A stretch of 64,000 bases of DNA from Squalus acanthias. Lineage: Eukaryota. Each line of letters starts with the position of its first letter. The first letter of the stretch is position 1. The stretch lies in the NCBI GenBank assembly GCA_030390025.1, contig CM059432.1:43898001-43962000 (forward strand), in the 5' to 3' direction. Under the pieces are notes generated by a model. It searched no databases and was not told the origin of the DNA. It saw nothing but the letters and a program-made list of their open reading frames with translations. The position numbers and the translations under genes are program-made. This document shows positions 47,755-60,940 of the stretch, piece after piece.

Positions 47755-49839
47755 CCCCCCCCTTACTGATAGATGGGGGGTGGGGGCAAAATGCCAGATC
47801 CTTTAACAAGTGAGAAACAAAATCATTACTATTCATGATGGGAGTCTTATTTTATACAGCTTTGATTTTTTAATATATATGGAATCATGGTCCCTGTAGA
47901 GACCCCAAATCTACATTGCCCAATAGATAGAAATGAACAGTTGAGAGGCAGAGATTCCTAGCACAAATATGTCATGATCAAGCAAAACATGAAGAAATTT
48001 GGAGGCCCAAAGCTCTACAAAATTTAGAACAACTGGGAGGCACAGGTTTGCCCTTGATTTAAAGAGATAAAATGTTGTCCCTTTAAAACCCTGTCCTGAT
48101 AGTAGAAAACCTGTCACCCAATTCCAAGATAATTCAGAATTCTCAGATTTTATTTTCGTCACTGAATTTTGTTCAATTTGAGAAAATCTTTTTGGAGTGT
48201 TTCATTAATATTCAACAAACACACACAGTTAAAAGGTGTTTGTAATATCTCACCTATTTCTCTATGAACCAATATTGGCCAGAATTGCAAACTTTAAAAA
48301 AAATCTGATGATCAAAGAAATATTCTAATACATTACATTTATCTAGCTGGTGGACTGTTTGAATTATAAAAGCATTATGAAGCCTTCAAAGCTCTTTTTG
48401 ATTTCAAAACCCTCTTCCCAACTCAGTGCCAAAAATAAATCTCCACACCTGTCTATATTCATTTATCTCCATACCACCTGTTCAGAGATATTGGTATCAT
48501 CCAGGTTGCAAGTGGAAGGGCGCTTTTGGCGGACTTCCACCAGTTTTGAGAAACAATTCTGCCCAGTGGACTCTAACAAGTCATCCATCATGACAACACA
48601 AAGATTTCCGTCAGCACAAAAGTTTTTTCTGCAGACAGAGAATTCAGATATCCAGTCGCATAACACACCTATAATTGCAGTTCAGTATCAGAATAAGCCA
48701 GAAATTAGACCTTGATTCTTATTAAGATCATTGCAGTTATTCTTAACTGGTAACCTTGTTAGAAAACTCTGCAGAAAATGCCACAAACAATTCAGAAAAT
48801 AATTGTTTATTTTATTAAAATATATAATTTACCTTTTTAATAACTTGTTAAAAAATATTTTTAAATCACTTCTAGATCCATGCTTTTCTTCCCCAAATGC
48901 CAGAAACGGGTTACTATTATTTAAAAAAGTAAAATATATATGTTGCAGAGTGCCCCTCTGTCCTAAACCTCTGAAGTCATTTTGATTTTGTGCCTCCCCT
49001 TTATTCTCTGTGTCTTCATTTCCAATGTAGATGTGTCTTTTTTACAAAACAAAATCAGGTAGTTCATAAAATAAATTGCATGAATTGATATTTTCATTTA
49101 GACCATATATATTACTGGCCTTTTAAGTCAACTTTATAAAATAATGTGAACACTATAAGCAATTTACAAATATATACCACTTAGAAACACTAAAAATGTC
49201 TCTGAAAGTATACCTAGCTATGAGAATACATCTCATATTATGAGATAAATGAAAGTACCACATAATAGACTTGTTAGCAAAATTAAAGGGGATTAAAGGG
49301 GCAGTGGCAGCATGGATACAAAACTGGCTAAGGGACAGAAAACAGAGAGTAGTGGTGAATTGTATGTTTTACAGACTGGAGGGAAGTATACAGTGGTGTC
49401 CCCCACTGGTCGGTATTAGGACCACTGCTCTTTTTGATATATATTAATGACCTGGACTTGGGTATACAAGGCATAATTTCAAAGTTTGCAGATGACACAA
49501 AACTCTGAAATGTACTAAACAGTGAGGAGGATAGTAGCAGACTTCAGGAGGACAGAGACAGACATAGCGGCTTTGATTTTAATGGAGGAGGCGGGATGGA
49601 ATCGGGTTGCCTGATGGGCAGGTTTCGGACCCGCTGCCGGTTTCAGCCGCTCCCGGTGTCCCATTTTGATTTAATTGGACCAATTAGTCCCGTCGTGTGC
49701 GCTGTCTGTTGCAATGAGGTGCAGCGGGTCTGTTGGTCTGCACTGATGAGGTCTTTGCTGCACTTGTTTTTAAGGGCTCCATGTAGCCTCAGCCTCTCAT
49801 TTCTCATTGCTGCTGCTGGAAAGGGCCAGGATCACCATA

Positions 49840-51850
49840 AGTGCTGCCACAGGCAAGAAGGCTGCTCTTACATTCAATGACGACTCCCTGCAAGTTCTTG
49901 CAGAGGGAGGAAGAGGGCGCAGGGACATTCTGTTCCCTGCCGATGGCCGCAGGCAGCCTCCTCAACAGACGAAAGCAACCTGGTTGGAGATAGCTGAGGA
50001 GGTCAGCGCAAGGTCACTGTGTGGACGCACCTGGGTCCAGTGCCGCAAACGCTTCAATGATCTTGTCCGAACATCAAAAGTGAGTTTCACATCACACTTA
50101 CCTTCACTCTGCTTCCCTTCTCTTCTCACCAGCACTCTGCATTGTCAGCCTGCTCCTCCACATCCCACCTTACCCTTACTTCCCTTGCACCCTTACCTTT
50201 CTATCTCTCTCTCTGTACTGAATCACTTCACCATCCTGCTATGCAGCCCTCACACTCGCTCTCACTGTTATGTAATGACAACAACTAACAACACACAGGG
50301 AAACTCCTTCCTCTTGCCACCTCACTCCATCCTGGCCTCCCTCTAAGATTCTACCTTATGGATTCTTCACACTCACTCCATCACTCTCGCTGAAACTCCA
50401 CTTGTGTCCCTCCATGCAGGAAAAGATAGCGCACAATAAGAGGGAGAGAGCCAAGTCAGGAGGAGGCACACCATCACTCACCACATTAACTCACGCTGAG
50501 GAGGCTGCTCACAACATCATGGGAGGTGGCGAGGAGCTGGAAGTGGGGGACGGAGAGATGGGCGCACTAGAGGACGCTGGTGACAGAATGCATTTTCATC
50601 CCTCGCATTTACAATTCATGATTGACTGCAATGGCATATGTTGCTCATAGAGATTGACTTCTGCTGCACAGAAGTATTTTAAGACAAAAAATTTGACACC
50701 GATCCACATAAGGATAAATTAGGGCAGATGACCAAAAGCTTGGTCAAAGAGGTAGGTTTTAAGGACCGTCTTAAAAGGAGGAAAGAGAGGTAGCGAGGCG
50801 GACAGGTTTAGGCAGGGAATTCCAGAGCTTATGGCCTAGGCAGCAGGAGGCACGAGCATCGAGAGCCCCCCTCCCCACTGTCCAGGAGGAAGAGCCGGAC
50901 GAATTCTCAGAGGAACCTGGAGCCTCTGAGGGAGCAGCGTCATCAGGACTCAGCACACCCAGCGCAGATACGCACACCTCGGGGGGGGGGGGCGGGGGGG
51001 TCCTTCGCGACATAGAATAGTGTTGTCACCTGGTGTATCACAGCTCACAAGTGAGCATCAGCAGATGCTGGAAACAGCGACATCAGTGGAGAGTCCTCAT
51101 CAGAGGTTGCAGGACTCTCCTAGCTCAGCTCAGCTGCATGTAGACGCAGGGCCATCCAGAAAGAGAGTGGTTCTGGAACTCCAGGAACAAGTGCAGGAGT
51201 CTCTGACAGGGTTTGCATCCAGGGTAACTGCGAGTGTGGAGAGAATGGAGGAGTCCATCTCTAACATGAGCACTGCCTTTGTGGAGGCAATGGCGCATGA
51301 CCGTGCCGCCATGGAGAGGGTGGCAACCTCCATGGAGGACATAAGTCGCCACACTCAACAGAGCATGGTGACTCTAGTAAATAGATGGCCTGCTATGGAG
51401 GATAGATGGGCATCTATTGAGGAGAGACACCAGAGGTACATGGACGTCCCCGTTATGAGGACTGTCAGTACTGAGACAGGTCCTCATGGCCCCACTGAGG
51501 TGCAACAGATTGCTCTCCAGCCACTTGCTAACAGTGAAGTGCAGGTGACCCATGAGAGGGATGTTGGTGGCAGACAACAAGGAAGTGTGGGCTCCTCGCC
51601 AAGCGCTCACACAACAGTGCCACTACGGAGCCCTTGGTCAGATCCCCATATTCCTCACCCAACTGAGATGGCCGTCTCAGCCCCTGCAAAGCTGCAGGAA
51701 GAGCAGACTGTGGAGGAGCCCTCACAGGCTCCAAAACCCAGAGGACGCCTGCCAAAGGCGTCTAAGCAGGTGCAGCACTAAAGTGAGCAAGGTGCCTCTA
51801 AATCTGCTGAAGCCACAGGGGAAGCACCATGTAGGAGCACGCATAAGATG
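49840..51850 (+). pseudogene. Harbinger Myb/SANT gene, decayed
   Basis: Exon 1 to ~50079 (RTWVQCRKRFNDLVRTSK, GTGAGT donor). Exon 2 ~50420-50579 (EKIAHNKRERAKSGGG). Exon 3 homologous to 28670-29728. Confidence 0.87.
50668..50874 (-). mobile_element. L2-type LINE 3' fragment inside Myb intron 2
   Basis: No homology to the A/B introns; shares CCACATAAGGA and GGTCAAAGAGGTAGGTTTTAAG with 16170-16215. Confidence 0.7.
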
Positions 51851-52152
51851 AAGTTAAAGCACAAATAGTCACAAGGGTAGTCACTTGGGTGTTTTATAGT
51901 GTCGTTAAATATCGAGTGTCATCCTTTTGTGATGTAATTAAATAAAAGTGATAGCCAGAACCTGAACTCTTTGCCATGTGTTCTGGGAAATGGAAGTTCA
52001 AGAGTGAGGGCTCAGGGCTAATTCCATTTATAATGATGGTGGTGAGAGTGAGTGGAAACCACCGTTTATTGGACAGATGATGCATGAGATTTTGAGAATG
52101 TCGGCCTTATATTCATCTCCATCAGCCAGCCACCTGTGTTTGAAGCGTAAGC

Positions 52153-53371
52153 TTACGTGAATCTGGCATGGATGACTGCATCCCTTGCCAGACGGCCAGC
52201 AATGTGGTTGCATGCGGCTGCATTGGCCACATCTGGCCCCACAACGCATGGCTCCCCGTCCTCCTCCTCATGCTCCTCCTCATCCTTTTTCTCGTCCTCT
52301 TCACTTTCTTCCGAGGACTGTGTGTGCTGAGCCACTTGTTCGTTTGGCAGCACTAAGCTATGCTGCTGTGCCATGCTGTGCATGGCACAGCAGACCACAA
52401 TGATTCTGGACACCCTGGCTGATGCACACTGCAGGGCTCCACCAGATCTGTCCAGGCATCGGAAGCACATTTTGAGCAAGCCGATGGTTTGCTCGATGAT
52501 GCTTCTGGTGGATAAGGGACTCAGAATGTAGCGCTCCTCAGCCTCGTTTGTTGGCCTCCTCATCGGTGTCATAAGCCACTTTTTCAGGGGATAGCCCTGG
52601 TCACCAAGAAGCCATCCTGAAAGTTGGTTTGGCGGATGGAAGAGCTGAGGCACAGTAGACTGGTGCAGGATGAACGAGTCACAGCAACTGCCAGGGTACT
52701 TAGCGCAAACATGTATGATGATCTTCCTGTGGTTACACATCAGCTGGACATTCAGGGAGTGGAATCCCTTGCGGTTGACAAATACAGCTGGGTTGTGATA
52801 AGGGGCCCTAATGGCTACATGTGTGCAATCTATGACACCCAGCACCATTGGCAAGCCTGCCATATTGGCAAAGCCAACTGCATGCGCGGTCACACTTGGG
52901 CCATCCGTGGAGAAGTGGATGTAATTGTGCGCCTTTGCAAAGAGGGCATCGGTGACCTGTGTGATGCAGGTGTGGGCGGCCGACTGGGAGATGCAGCTGA
53001 TCCCTGGAAGGAGCCCGAAGCAAAGAAGTTGAGTGCGGTGGTGACTTTGACAGCCACTGGTAAGGAGTGTCCACACGCTCCTCTGGGCTCCAGGTGTTGG
53101 TGCAGGTGTCAGCGACTACGTCTCTCAAAAGTCTCAGCCTCCTTTGGCACTGCTGCTCAGTCATGCTGAGGAAGCTGATCCTCTGCCTGTAAACCCTGTG
53201 TTGGGGGTGAGGTGTAGCCTTGCACTGCCGCCCTCCGGCCTGTGCAGCATCAGGTGGGTGAGGAGGAGGTTGGCGCTGCTGGTGCTGCTGTTGTGGCTGG
53301 TTGTGGTGCTGCCACAGCTGCTCTTCCTCCGAATCTGACCACCAGGATGAGAGGATATAAATTGTTCCCAT
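52153..53371 (-). pseudogene. Harbinger transposase, frameshifted and deleted
   Basis: MGTIYILSSW start; [27 protein letters not shown] and RSIIEQTIG motifs. Confidence 0.92.
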
Positions 53372-56300
53372 CCTGTTGCTATAGATTTCAGTTGAGGCAA
53401 GAAGCTTGCAAGCGCACAGTCAAAGTGGCCTGAGATTATTCCAATCCGGTCACACTACAGATGGCTGTCAGCTTGAACAGTCACAAGGTCAGTAGATTTG
53501 CAAATCTTATCCCAAACCTCCAACAACAAAGTTGTGGCATTTGAATGTCAGCCATGTTGCAGGAGCGCTTTTAAGCGGCTGCTGCAACCGACAGCAAATC
53601 ATGTCCTCAAGAAACCCGACTCATTGCAGCTGACATGCTTTTCAGAAGATGGGAAACAGGAGCCAAAAGCACCAAAATTGGAATCGCATATTAAAATAGG
53701 ATTAGCAAGGCAGTTAACAGGCTGTTAACTGCTTTAACTGCCTGTCCCGCCATTTGGTGTCGGGTCAGTTCGGGAGCGGCTGACCCGACACTTATGAAAT
53801 TAGCATGGGGGCGGGTTGGAGGCAGGTTCGCAGCCAACCGGCAATTTGTCCGATTTTAGCTGCCGACCCACCTCCAAACCTGCCCTCTGAGGTGCATTAA
53901 AATCGAGCCCAGCAGTTGAAATTTAACACAGATAAATGTGAAGTAATGCATTTTGGTAAAAAGAATAAGGAGAGGCAATATAAACTAAATGGCACAATTT
54001 TAAAGGGGCTCCAGGAACAGAGAGACCTGGGTGTGGATGTACAGAAATCTTTGAATGTGGCAGGACAAGTTGAGAAGGCTGTTAAAAAAGCATATGGGTT
54101 CCTTGGCTTTATAAACAAATGCATAGGGCTGAAATTTGTCGGCGCTCAGAGTGCGGGTTTGGAGGCGGGTCCGCTGTCAAAATAGCAAAGATTGACAGCG
54201 GGTAGGAAACCTGCTGTCAACCCCCTCCACGCAAGTCTCCCAAGTGTTGGTCTGTCTGCGCAGAACTGACCCGACACCAAGCGGCGGGGAGGCAAATTAT
54301 ATCATTAAATGGCTTGTTAACAGCTATTTTGAGCCTACCTTGTAATTTTACGTGCTCCCCCACGGGTTACCCGCTGTTCGGGGAACATGCCAGCTCACCC
54401 TGTCGTGAGTTGAGTCTGCTTTGATTTATCTGCTAACCTGACAGCTGCAGAAGTGGTATAAAGGATGCCATGTTGCTGATGTTCAGTTTCAGAGCTCAGA
54501 ATCTGTTGGTTACTGCATTTGTAAGACATGTAGAGCTTTCTGTAGCTTGTAAGTGTTTAGAGCCAACTGTATATCCAGTGGCACCTCATTGGAACAACCT
54601 CTCTCAACATTGACAGATCGCTTCTGTCATCTCAACTGCAGCTGCCATCTATTGCAGCAACATCGGTGCCCTTGAAAAAATCTCACCTTGGTCCTCTGAA
54701 TCCTTCCATGATCAGCCCCAACACCAACATCACCAGGCACGCCAAAATTACCACCAACCTTCGCCATCACCTGATGCTGCACAGGACATAGGGCATCAGC
54801 ACCTGACAACATTGCTGCCCAGGAGGCCAGCGATGGCATCACCATGGCCAGATTTACTTCACTTGACGCCGTACACCCTGGCTGCCACATGATGCGCCAG
54901 GTTGACACCATCCCACACCAGCACCATAAAGCATCCCTATAATGGCCAAGCCATTCCTTTCACACTCATCGCAATAGCTAGGTGGGGGTTATGTCTCAAC
55001 ATTCACTGGAACTCACTAAGACACTTCTCAAGGTGCGCACATATCTGTCCAATAGGGTGAAGTGTTGAAAATATAGATTTCAATGTTTGACAACACATTA
55101 ATAGAAACTTTACATGAACATTGGCTAAACCACTCAAGTGCCTACCTTTGTGTGTTGTTAGTTGGTATGCTTGCAGTAGGGTGAGGGTGAGTGTGAGGGG
55201 TGGCTAGTGAGATGGGGAAGTGATAATGTAAATAGAGAGGGATGGGTGGAGGTGCAAGGTAAGTTGGTGTGAGTAAGGATGTGCAGGAGTAGGGTAGGGA
55301 AGGCAGTGTGATGGGTATGTGATGAGTGGCACAGCAGGGTGAGTTTGAGTGTGGCTTTGCGTAACGTTTCGTGATCTACTAAGATCATTGAAAGGTTTGC
55401 GCCACTGCAGCCAGGGACTCCTGACGACATCCCTGCTTGTGTCCTCCTGTGTAATCATAGAGTCATAACGGCACAGAAGGAGGACATTCGGACTATCGAG
55501 TCCGTGCCGGCTCTCTGCAGAGCAATCCAGTCAGTCCCATTCCCCCACTTTATCCCCGTAGCCCTGCAAGTTTATTTCCCTCAACTGCCTATCCAGTCTC
55601 CCTTTGAAAACATTGAGTGTCTCCGCTTCCGTCGGCAGTGAGTTCCAGGTCCTCTCCACTCGCTGTGTAAAAAAGTTTTTCCTCACATCCCCCTGCATCT
55701 CTTGCCCAAAACCTTAAATCTGTGTCCCCTAGTCCTTGTACCGTCAATTAGTGGGAACAGCCTTTCCCCGTCTAGCCTATCCAAAACCGTCATAATCTTG
55801 TACACCTCTATCAAATCACCCCTCAACCTACTTTGCTCGAATGAAAACAAATCCAGCTTCTCCAACCTGTCCTGGTAGCTAAGATCCCCCATCCCCGGAA
55901 CCATTCTGGTAAATCTCCTCTGCACCCTCTCAAGGGCCTTCACATCCTTCCTAAAGTGTGGTGACCAGAACTGGACGCAATACTCCAGTTGTGGCCTAAC
56001 CAGCGCTTTATAAAGGTTCACCATAACTTCTCTACTTTTGTACTCAATACCTCTATTTATGAAGCCCAAGATCCCATATGCTTTGTTAACCACTCTCTCA
56101 ATATGTCCTGCCACCTTCAGGGACCTATGCACGTTAAGTCCCAGGTCCCTCTGTCCCTGCACACACTTTAAAAATATGCCATTAAGTGTATATTGCCTCT
56201 CCCTGTTCCTTCTGCCAAAATGCATCACCTCAGACTTCTCTGTATTAAATTCCATCTGCCACTTGTCTGCCCATTCTGCTAGCCTTTATATGTCCTGTTG

Positions 56301-57639
56301 CAGTCGATTGGTATCCTCCTCACTGTTTGCCACACCCCCAAGTTTGGTGTCATCGGCAAATTTAGAAATTCTACTCTGTATTCCAATATCTAGGTCATTT
56401 ATATATATCAAAAAAAGTAGTGGCTCCAGCGCTGACCCTTGGGAACACCACTGTCTACCATCCTCCAGTCTGAAAATCAGCCATTTACCACAACTCGCTG
56501 TTTTCTGTCCTTAAGCCAATTCCTTATCTAAGCTGCCACTGACCCATCTATTCCATGAGCCTCAATTTTGTTAAGCAGCCTTCTATGTGGTACTTTGTCA
56601 AACGCTTTCCAAAAATCCATGTAGACAACATCCATTGCATTCCCTTCATCAATCCTCCCTGTTAATTCATCAAAAAATTCAATTAAATTAGTCAAACACG
56701 ATCTGCCTTTTACAAATCCGTGTTGGCTCTCCTTAATTAGTTTAAACCTCTCCAAGTGCCTGTTAATTTTTTCCTTGATTATTGTTTCCAAAACTTTACC
56801 CACCACTGATGTTAAATTGACCGGCCTGTAGTTACTAGGATTGTCCTTACACCCTTTCTTGAACAATGGTGTCATATTTGCCACTTTCCAATCCTCAGGC
56901 ACCTCCCCCGCATCTAGGGAAGATTGGAAAATTATGCCAAGCCGTTCTGCTATCTCCTCCCCCAATTCTCTTAGCAACCTAGGATGCAAGCCATCTGGAC
57001 CAGGCGACTTATCCTTACCCTTCCCTCTTGTTGGAATGTACCTAGCCTATACTTGGAACATCTCCTCCTTAAAGATCACCCATTGTTCCGTTACAGTTTT
57101 TCCTATCAGTCTTTGGTTCCATTTTACCCTGGCTAGATCCTTTCGCATCCCATTGAAGTTAGCCCTATTCCAGTTTAGAAGTTCCATTCTAGATTGTTCC
57201 TTGCTCCTCTCCATTGCTAATCTAATTCTTATGATGCGATGATCACTCGTACCCAAGTGTTTTCCCACAGACACTTGGTCGACCTGGCCCACCTCATTCC
57301 CCAGCACCACATCCTATTTGGGCCAAGAACTTACTGGTCAAGGAAATTCTCCTGAACACATTTCAGAAATTGCTCCCCATCCTTTCCCTTTACCTTAGCA
57401 TTATCCCAATCGATATTTGGGTAATTAAAGTTGCCCAATATCACCACTCTATAGCTCTTGCATATCTCTGCGATTTCCCTGCAGATTTGCTCCTCTACCT
57501 CCCTCTCACTATTTGGAGGCCTATAGAATACCCCCTATAGCGTGATCATACCCTTTTTGCTCCTCAACTCTAACCAAATGGATTCTGTCCTTGTCCACTC
57601 AAGAACATCGTCTCTTTCCAACACTACAATGTCTTCCTT

Positions 57640-57830
57640 CACAGAATCACCACAGTGCAGATAGAGGCCATTTCGGCCCATCGAGCCTGCACCGACATAT
57701 CCCACCCTATCCCCGTAACCCCACGTATTTAATTCCCCCCTAACACTCACAGTCACCCGAGGCCGGATTCGAACCCGGGTCCCTGGCGCTGTGAGGCAAC
57801 AGTGCTAACCACTATGCCACCGTGTTGCCC
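57640..57830 (-). mobile_element. Short tRNA-derived SINE with CR1 tail (HE1-like)
   Basis: A box GGTGGCATAGTGG, B box GGTTCGAATCC, CR1-like tail. TSD TTCCTT (57634-57639 and 57833-57838). Confidence 0.88.
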
Positions 57831-58199
57831 AGTTCCTTAATCAGCACTGCCACCCCACCTCCCTTTTTTCCTTCCCTATCTTTTCTGAACACCTTGTACC
57901 CATGAATATTAAATGCATAGTCCTCAGCGTTTTTAAGCCATGTTTCCATTATTGCCACATCATATTGCCACATGGCTAATTGTGCTTGTAGCTCACCAAC
58001 CTTATTCACCACACTTTGTGCATTTACGTACATGCATTCTAAACCCATTTTTGAATTTTTCGTAGTCTTTCTTAGTCTGCTCCTATCTAATATGGTACTA
58101 CTTCAGCCTCTAGTACTACTTTCTTCTCTAGTGCTATCCAAACACACTCACTCTTTTATGCACCTTATTCCTCTTTTCTACTCCCATCCCCCTGCCAAG

Positions 58200-59151
58200 C
58201 TAGTTTAAACCCTCCCCAACAGCACTAGCAAACCTCCCCGCGAGAATATTGGTCCCGGCTCTGTTGAGGTGTAACCCGTCCGGCTTGTACAGGTCCCACC
58301 TTCCCCAGAAATGGTCCCAATGCCTCAGGAATCTAAAGCCCTCCCTCCTGCACCATCTCTCCAGCCACTCATTCATCTGTTCTATCCTCCTATTCCTGTA
58401 CTCACTAGCACGTAGCACCAGGAGTAATCCGGAGATTACTACCTTTGTGGTCCTGCTTTTTAGTCTCTTTCCTAGCTCCCTATAGTCTGCCTGCAGGACC
58501 TCATCCCTCTTTTTGCCTATGTCGTTGGTACCGATATGGACAACAACCTCTGGCTGTTCACCCTCCCCCCTCAGAGTGTCCTGCAGCCGCTCAGTGACAT
58601 CCTTGACCGTGGTACCAGGGAGGCAACACACCATTCTGGAGTCACGCCTGCATCCACAGAAATGCCTATCTGTTCCCCTAACTAATGAATCCCCTATCAC
58701 TATTGCTCTTCCACTCTTCTTCCTCCCCCCCGTGCAGCAGAGCCACCCGTGGTGCCGTGGCCTTAGCTCTGGCTGCTCTCCCCAGAGGAACCATCCCCCC
58801 CTACCAGTTTCCAGAACTGTGAACAAGTTAGCGAGTGAGATACACTCTGGGGATTCCTGCCCTACCTGCTTGGTCCTCCTTCTCTGTCTGGTGGTCACCC
58901 ATTCACTCTCTGCCTGCACATTCTGAGGCTGTGGGGTGACCACTTCTAGAAACGTGCTTTCCAAGTATTTCTCAGCCATGCGGATGCACTGTCGTGACTC
59001 CAACTGCTGCTCAAGCTCCGAAACCCGGAGCTCGATTTGCTGCAAGTTGGCGACACTTCCTGCACACGTGGTCGTCCAGGCCGCAAGAAGCATCCAGGAC
59101 TTCCCACATGGCACAGGATGCGCAAATCACGAGACTGAGCTGCCCTGCCAT
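58200..59151 (-). pseudogene. CR1 ORF1: N-terminal Cys zinc finger/coiled coil + SGNH/GDSL esterase, frameshifted
   Basis: MAGQLSLVICASC...VCRKC; AIVIGDSLVRG, HIGTNDIG and DGLHLN esterase blocks. Confidence 0.9.
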
Positions 59152-60940
59152 GCCTCTATTTACCAGACTATGGAGGTAGTTTAGCAGAAATAAACTTAAA
59201 ACTTAACAAGAAACACTCAACAGCTATCCACCAATCTGCACTTCCCTCTATTAGATAGGCTATGAACTACTTAGCAGAAATATACTCAAAACAGAAAAAA
59301 AACTTACTACAAATACTCACCCTATACTCACCAATCAGTTCCTTCCCTTGTGCTGATGTCACTTTTTAATTCTGATGTCACTCTTTCCAAGTCTGCCTTT
59401 GTTGAGTTGCTCCCGCTCAGGTCTGCTGCCTCCGCTCCTGGGCCTTCCTCTGCCGCGCTGTTTATTTGCACCGCCTCCGCTCTCGCTCCCGCTCAGTTAC
59501 CTGCTGCTCTGTAATGTTACTCCTTGAATTTTATGTTTGTGCAACCAGACTGCGTTGATCTCCTGGGGAGGTCTCTTCCGCCTATGGGAAGGGAAAAGAA
59601 TCTCCCTGCGTGCTGTTACTCCCTCCATAAGCATATGGAGGGAGTCATGCATGAGCCTGGGTGCAGACCTTTGTGCATTGAGGTGCTGCAAACACTGACA
59701 GCACAACTGTCAATATCAATGTGGCCGTGATCCCTTTAAGGAAACCGGCTGATGACGCTTCACCAAATGACGTCATCAGACCCGCTTCCTATTAATTGGC
59801 CAGGAACCCCGCAGGGCGGGCTTAACAAGGCCAATCTATGGAAAATCATTTTCAGAGAGCGGCTGCAGATGGGAGTGGGACCGGAATCCACCAACCAGCT
59901 CTCCCACCGCCACCCTGCCTCCTTCGGGAAAATCCTGTCCATAGAATGCAAAAGCAAGGAAGTTATGCTAAATCTTTAGAAATCACTGGTTAGGCCCCAT
60001 CTGGAGTATTGTGTTCAATTCTGGGCACCACACTTTAGGAAGGATGTCAAGACCTTAGAGAGGGTGCAGAGGAGATCTACTAGAATGGTACAGTACTAAG
60101 GTGCGGGACTTGCGTTATGTGGAGAGACGAGAGAAGCTGTGGCTGTTCTCCTTACAGCTGAAAGGGTTAATAGAGGTGTTCAAAATCATGAAGGGTTTTG
60201 ATAAAGTAAATAAGGAGAAACTGTTTCCAGTGGCAGCAGGACCAGAGGACACAGATTTAAGGTAATTGGCAAAAGAACCAGAGGTAAGATGAGGAGAATT
60301 TTTTTTTAAGCACTGTGAGTTGTTAAGATCTGGAATGCACTGCCTGAAAGGGTGGTGGAAGCAGATTCAATGAAACCTTTCAAAAAGCAATTGGTTAAAT
60401 ACTTGAAGGGGAAAAATTTGCAGGGCTATGGAGAAAAGGCAGGGGAGTGGGACTAATTGGATAGCTCTTTCAAAGCGCTAGCACAAGCATGATGGGCCGA
60501 ACGGCCTCCTTCTGTGCTGTACCATTCTATGATCTGGCAGATTGTGACTACAAATTTGTCTAATAAAATATGAACATATGAAAAGAAGTACAGAAAAAGT
60601 AAATTTAATGCATCAAACCCACCCCATCCAGACATGGTGCAGCCACATACACCATTTAGTCATGCAATCTCCTGGCAAGATAAATCTGAGATTTTTACTG
60701 ATTCCTCCTTTGTTTAGATTCACATAAAATTGAACTCTTACAAAGAGGGTATGCCGCAGCTAGCCTGTTCTTAGGTATCTATAATATCATTCCATAATCT
60801 CTCTCTTGTCAATGCTGCTCTGAGCAAGCTGAGAAATTTGGGAGACAGCACAGTCTGATTCTCCCACTTGACGTTCCCCTTCCTGAGGAAAAGCATCTAG
60901 CTTTCACTTAGTACCCTTAGACCAGCATGCCTGAGATCAA

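Larger units (their letters stand above)
49569..53910 (-). mobile_element. Full-length decayed Harbinger copy D
   Basis: Imperfect TIRs GGCTTTGATTTTAATG / GGGCTCGATTTTAATG; TSD AGC/AGC; Myb gene (+) and transposase (-). Confidence 0.92.
55456..59500 (-). mobile_element. Near full-length CR1 (5' UTR, ORF1, ORF2 with internal deletion)
   Basis: ORF2 APE (YVNAQSVVNK) and RT pieces. The endonuclease-RT linker is deleted at ~57015 (YIPTRGKG joined to DKSPGPDG). Tail at 55456. Confidence 0.93.
54126..59940. mobile_element. Non-autonomous Harbinger (17620-19379 family) interrupted by a CR1
   Basis: TSD ATA/ATA (54123-54125, 59941-59943). Ends GGGCTGAAATTT / GGACAGGATTTT. Confidence 0.88.
49252..60535 (+). 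mobile_element. 5'-truncated CR1 split into three pieces (49252-49568, 53914-54125, 59944-60535)
   Basis: KFADDT region, then KFNTDKCEVMHFG...GFINKCI, then ECKSKEVMLNL... and an ATTCTATG tail. Pieces are colinear. Confidence 0.88.

Noticed and set aside
27164..53371. Host HARBI1 or NAIF1 genes
   Set aside because: The ORFs lie between TIRs with TSDs, are multi-copy and mostly decayed; they are transposon genes, not the domesticated loci.
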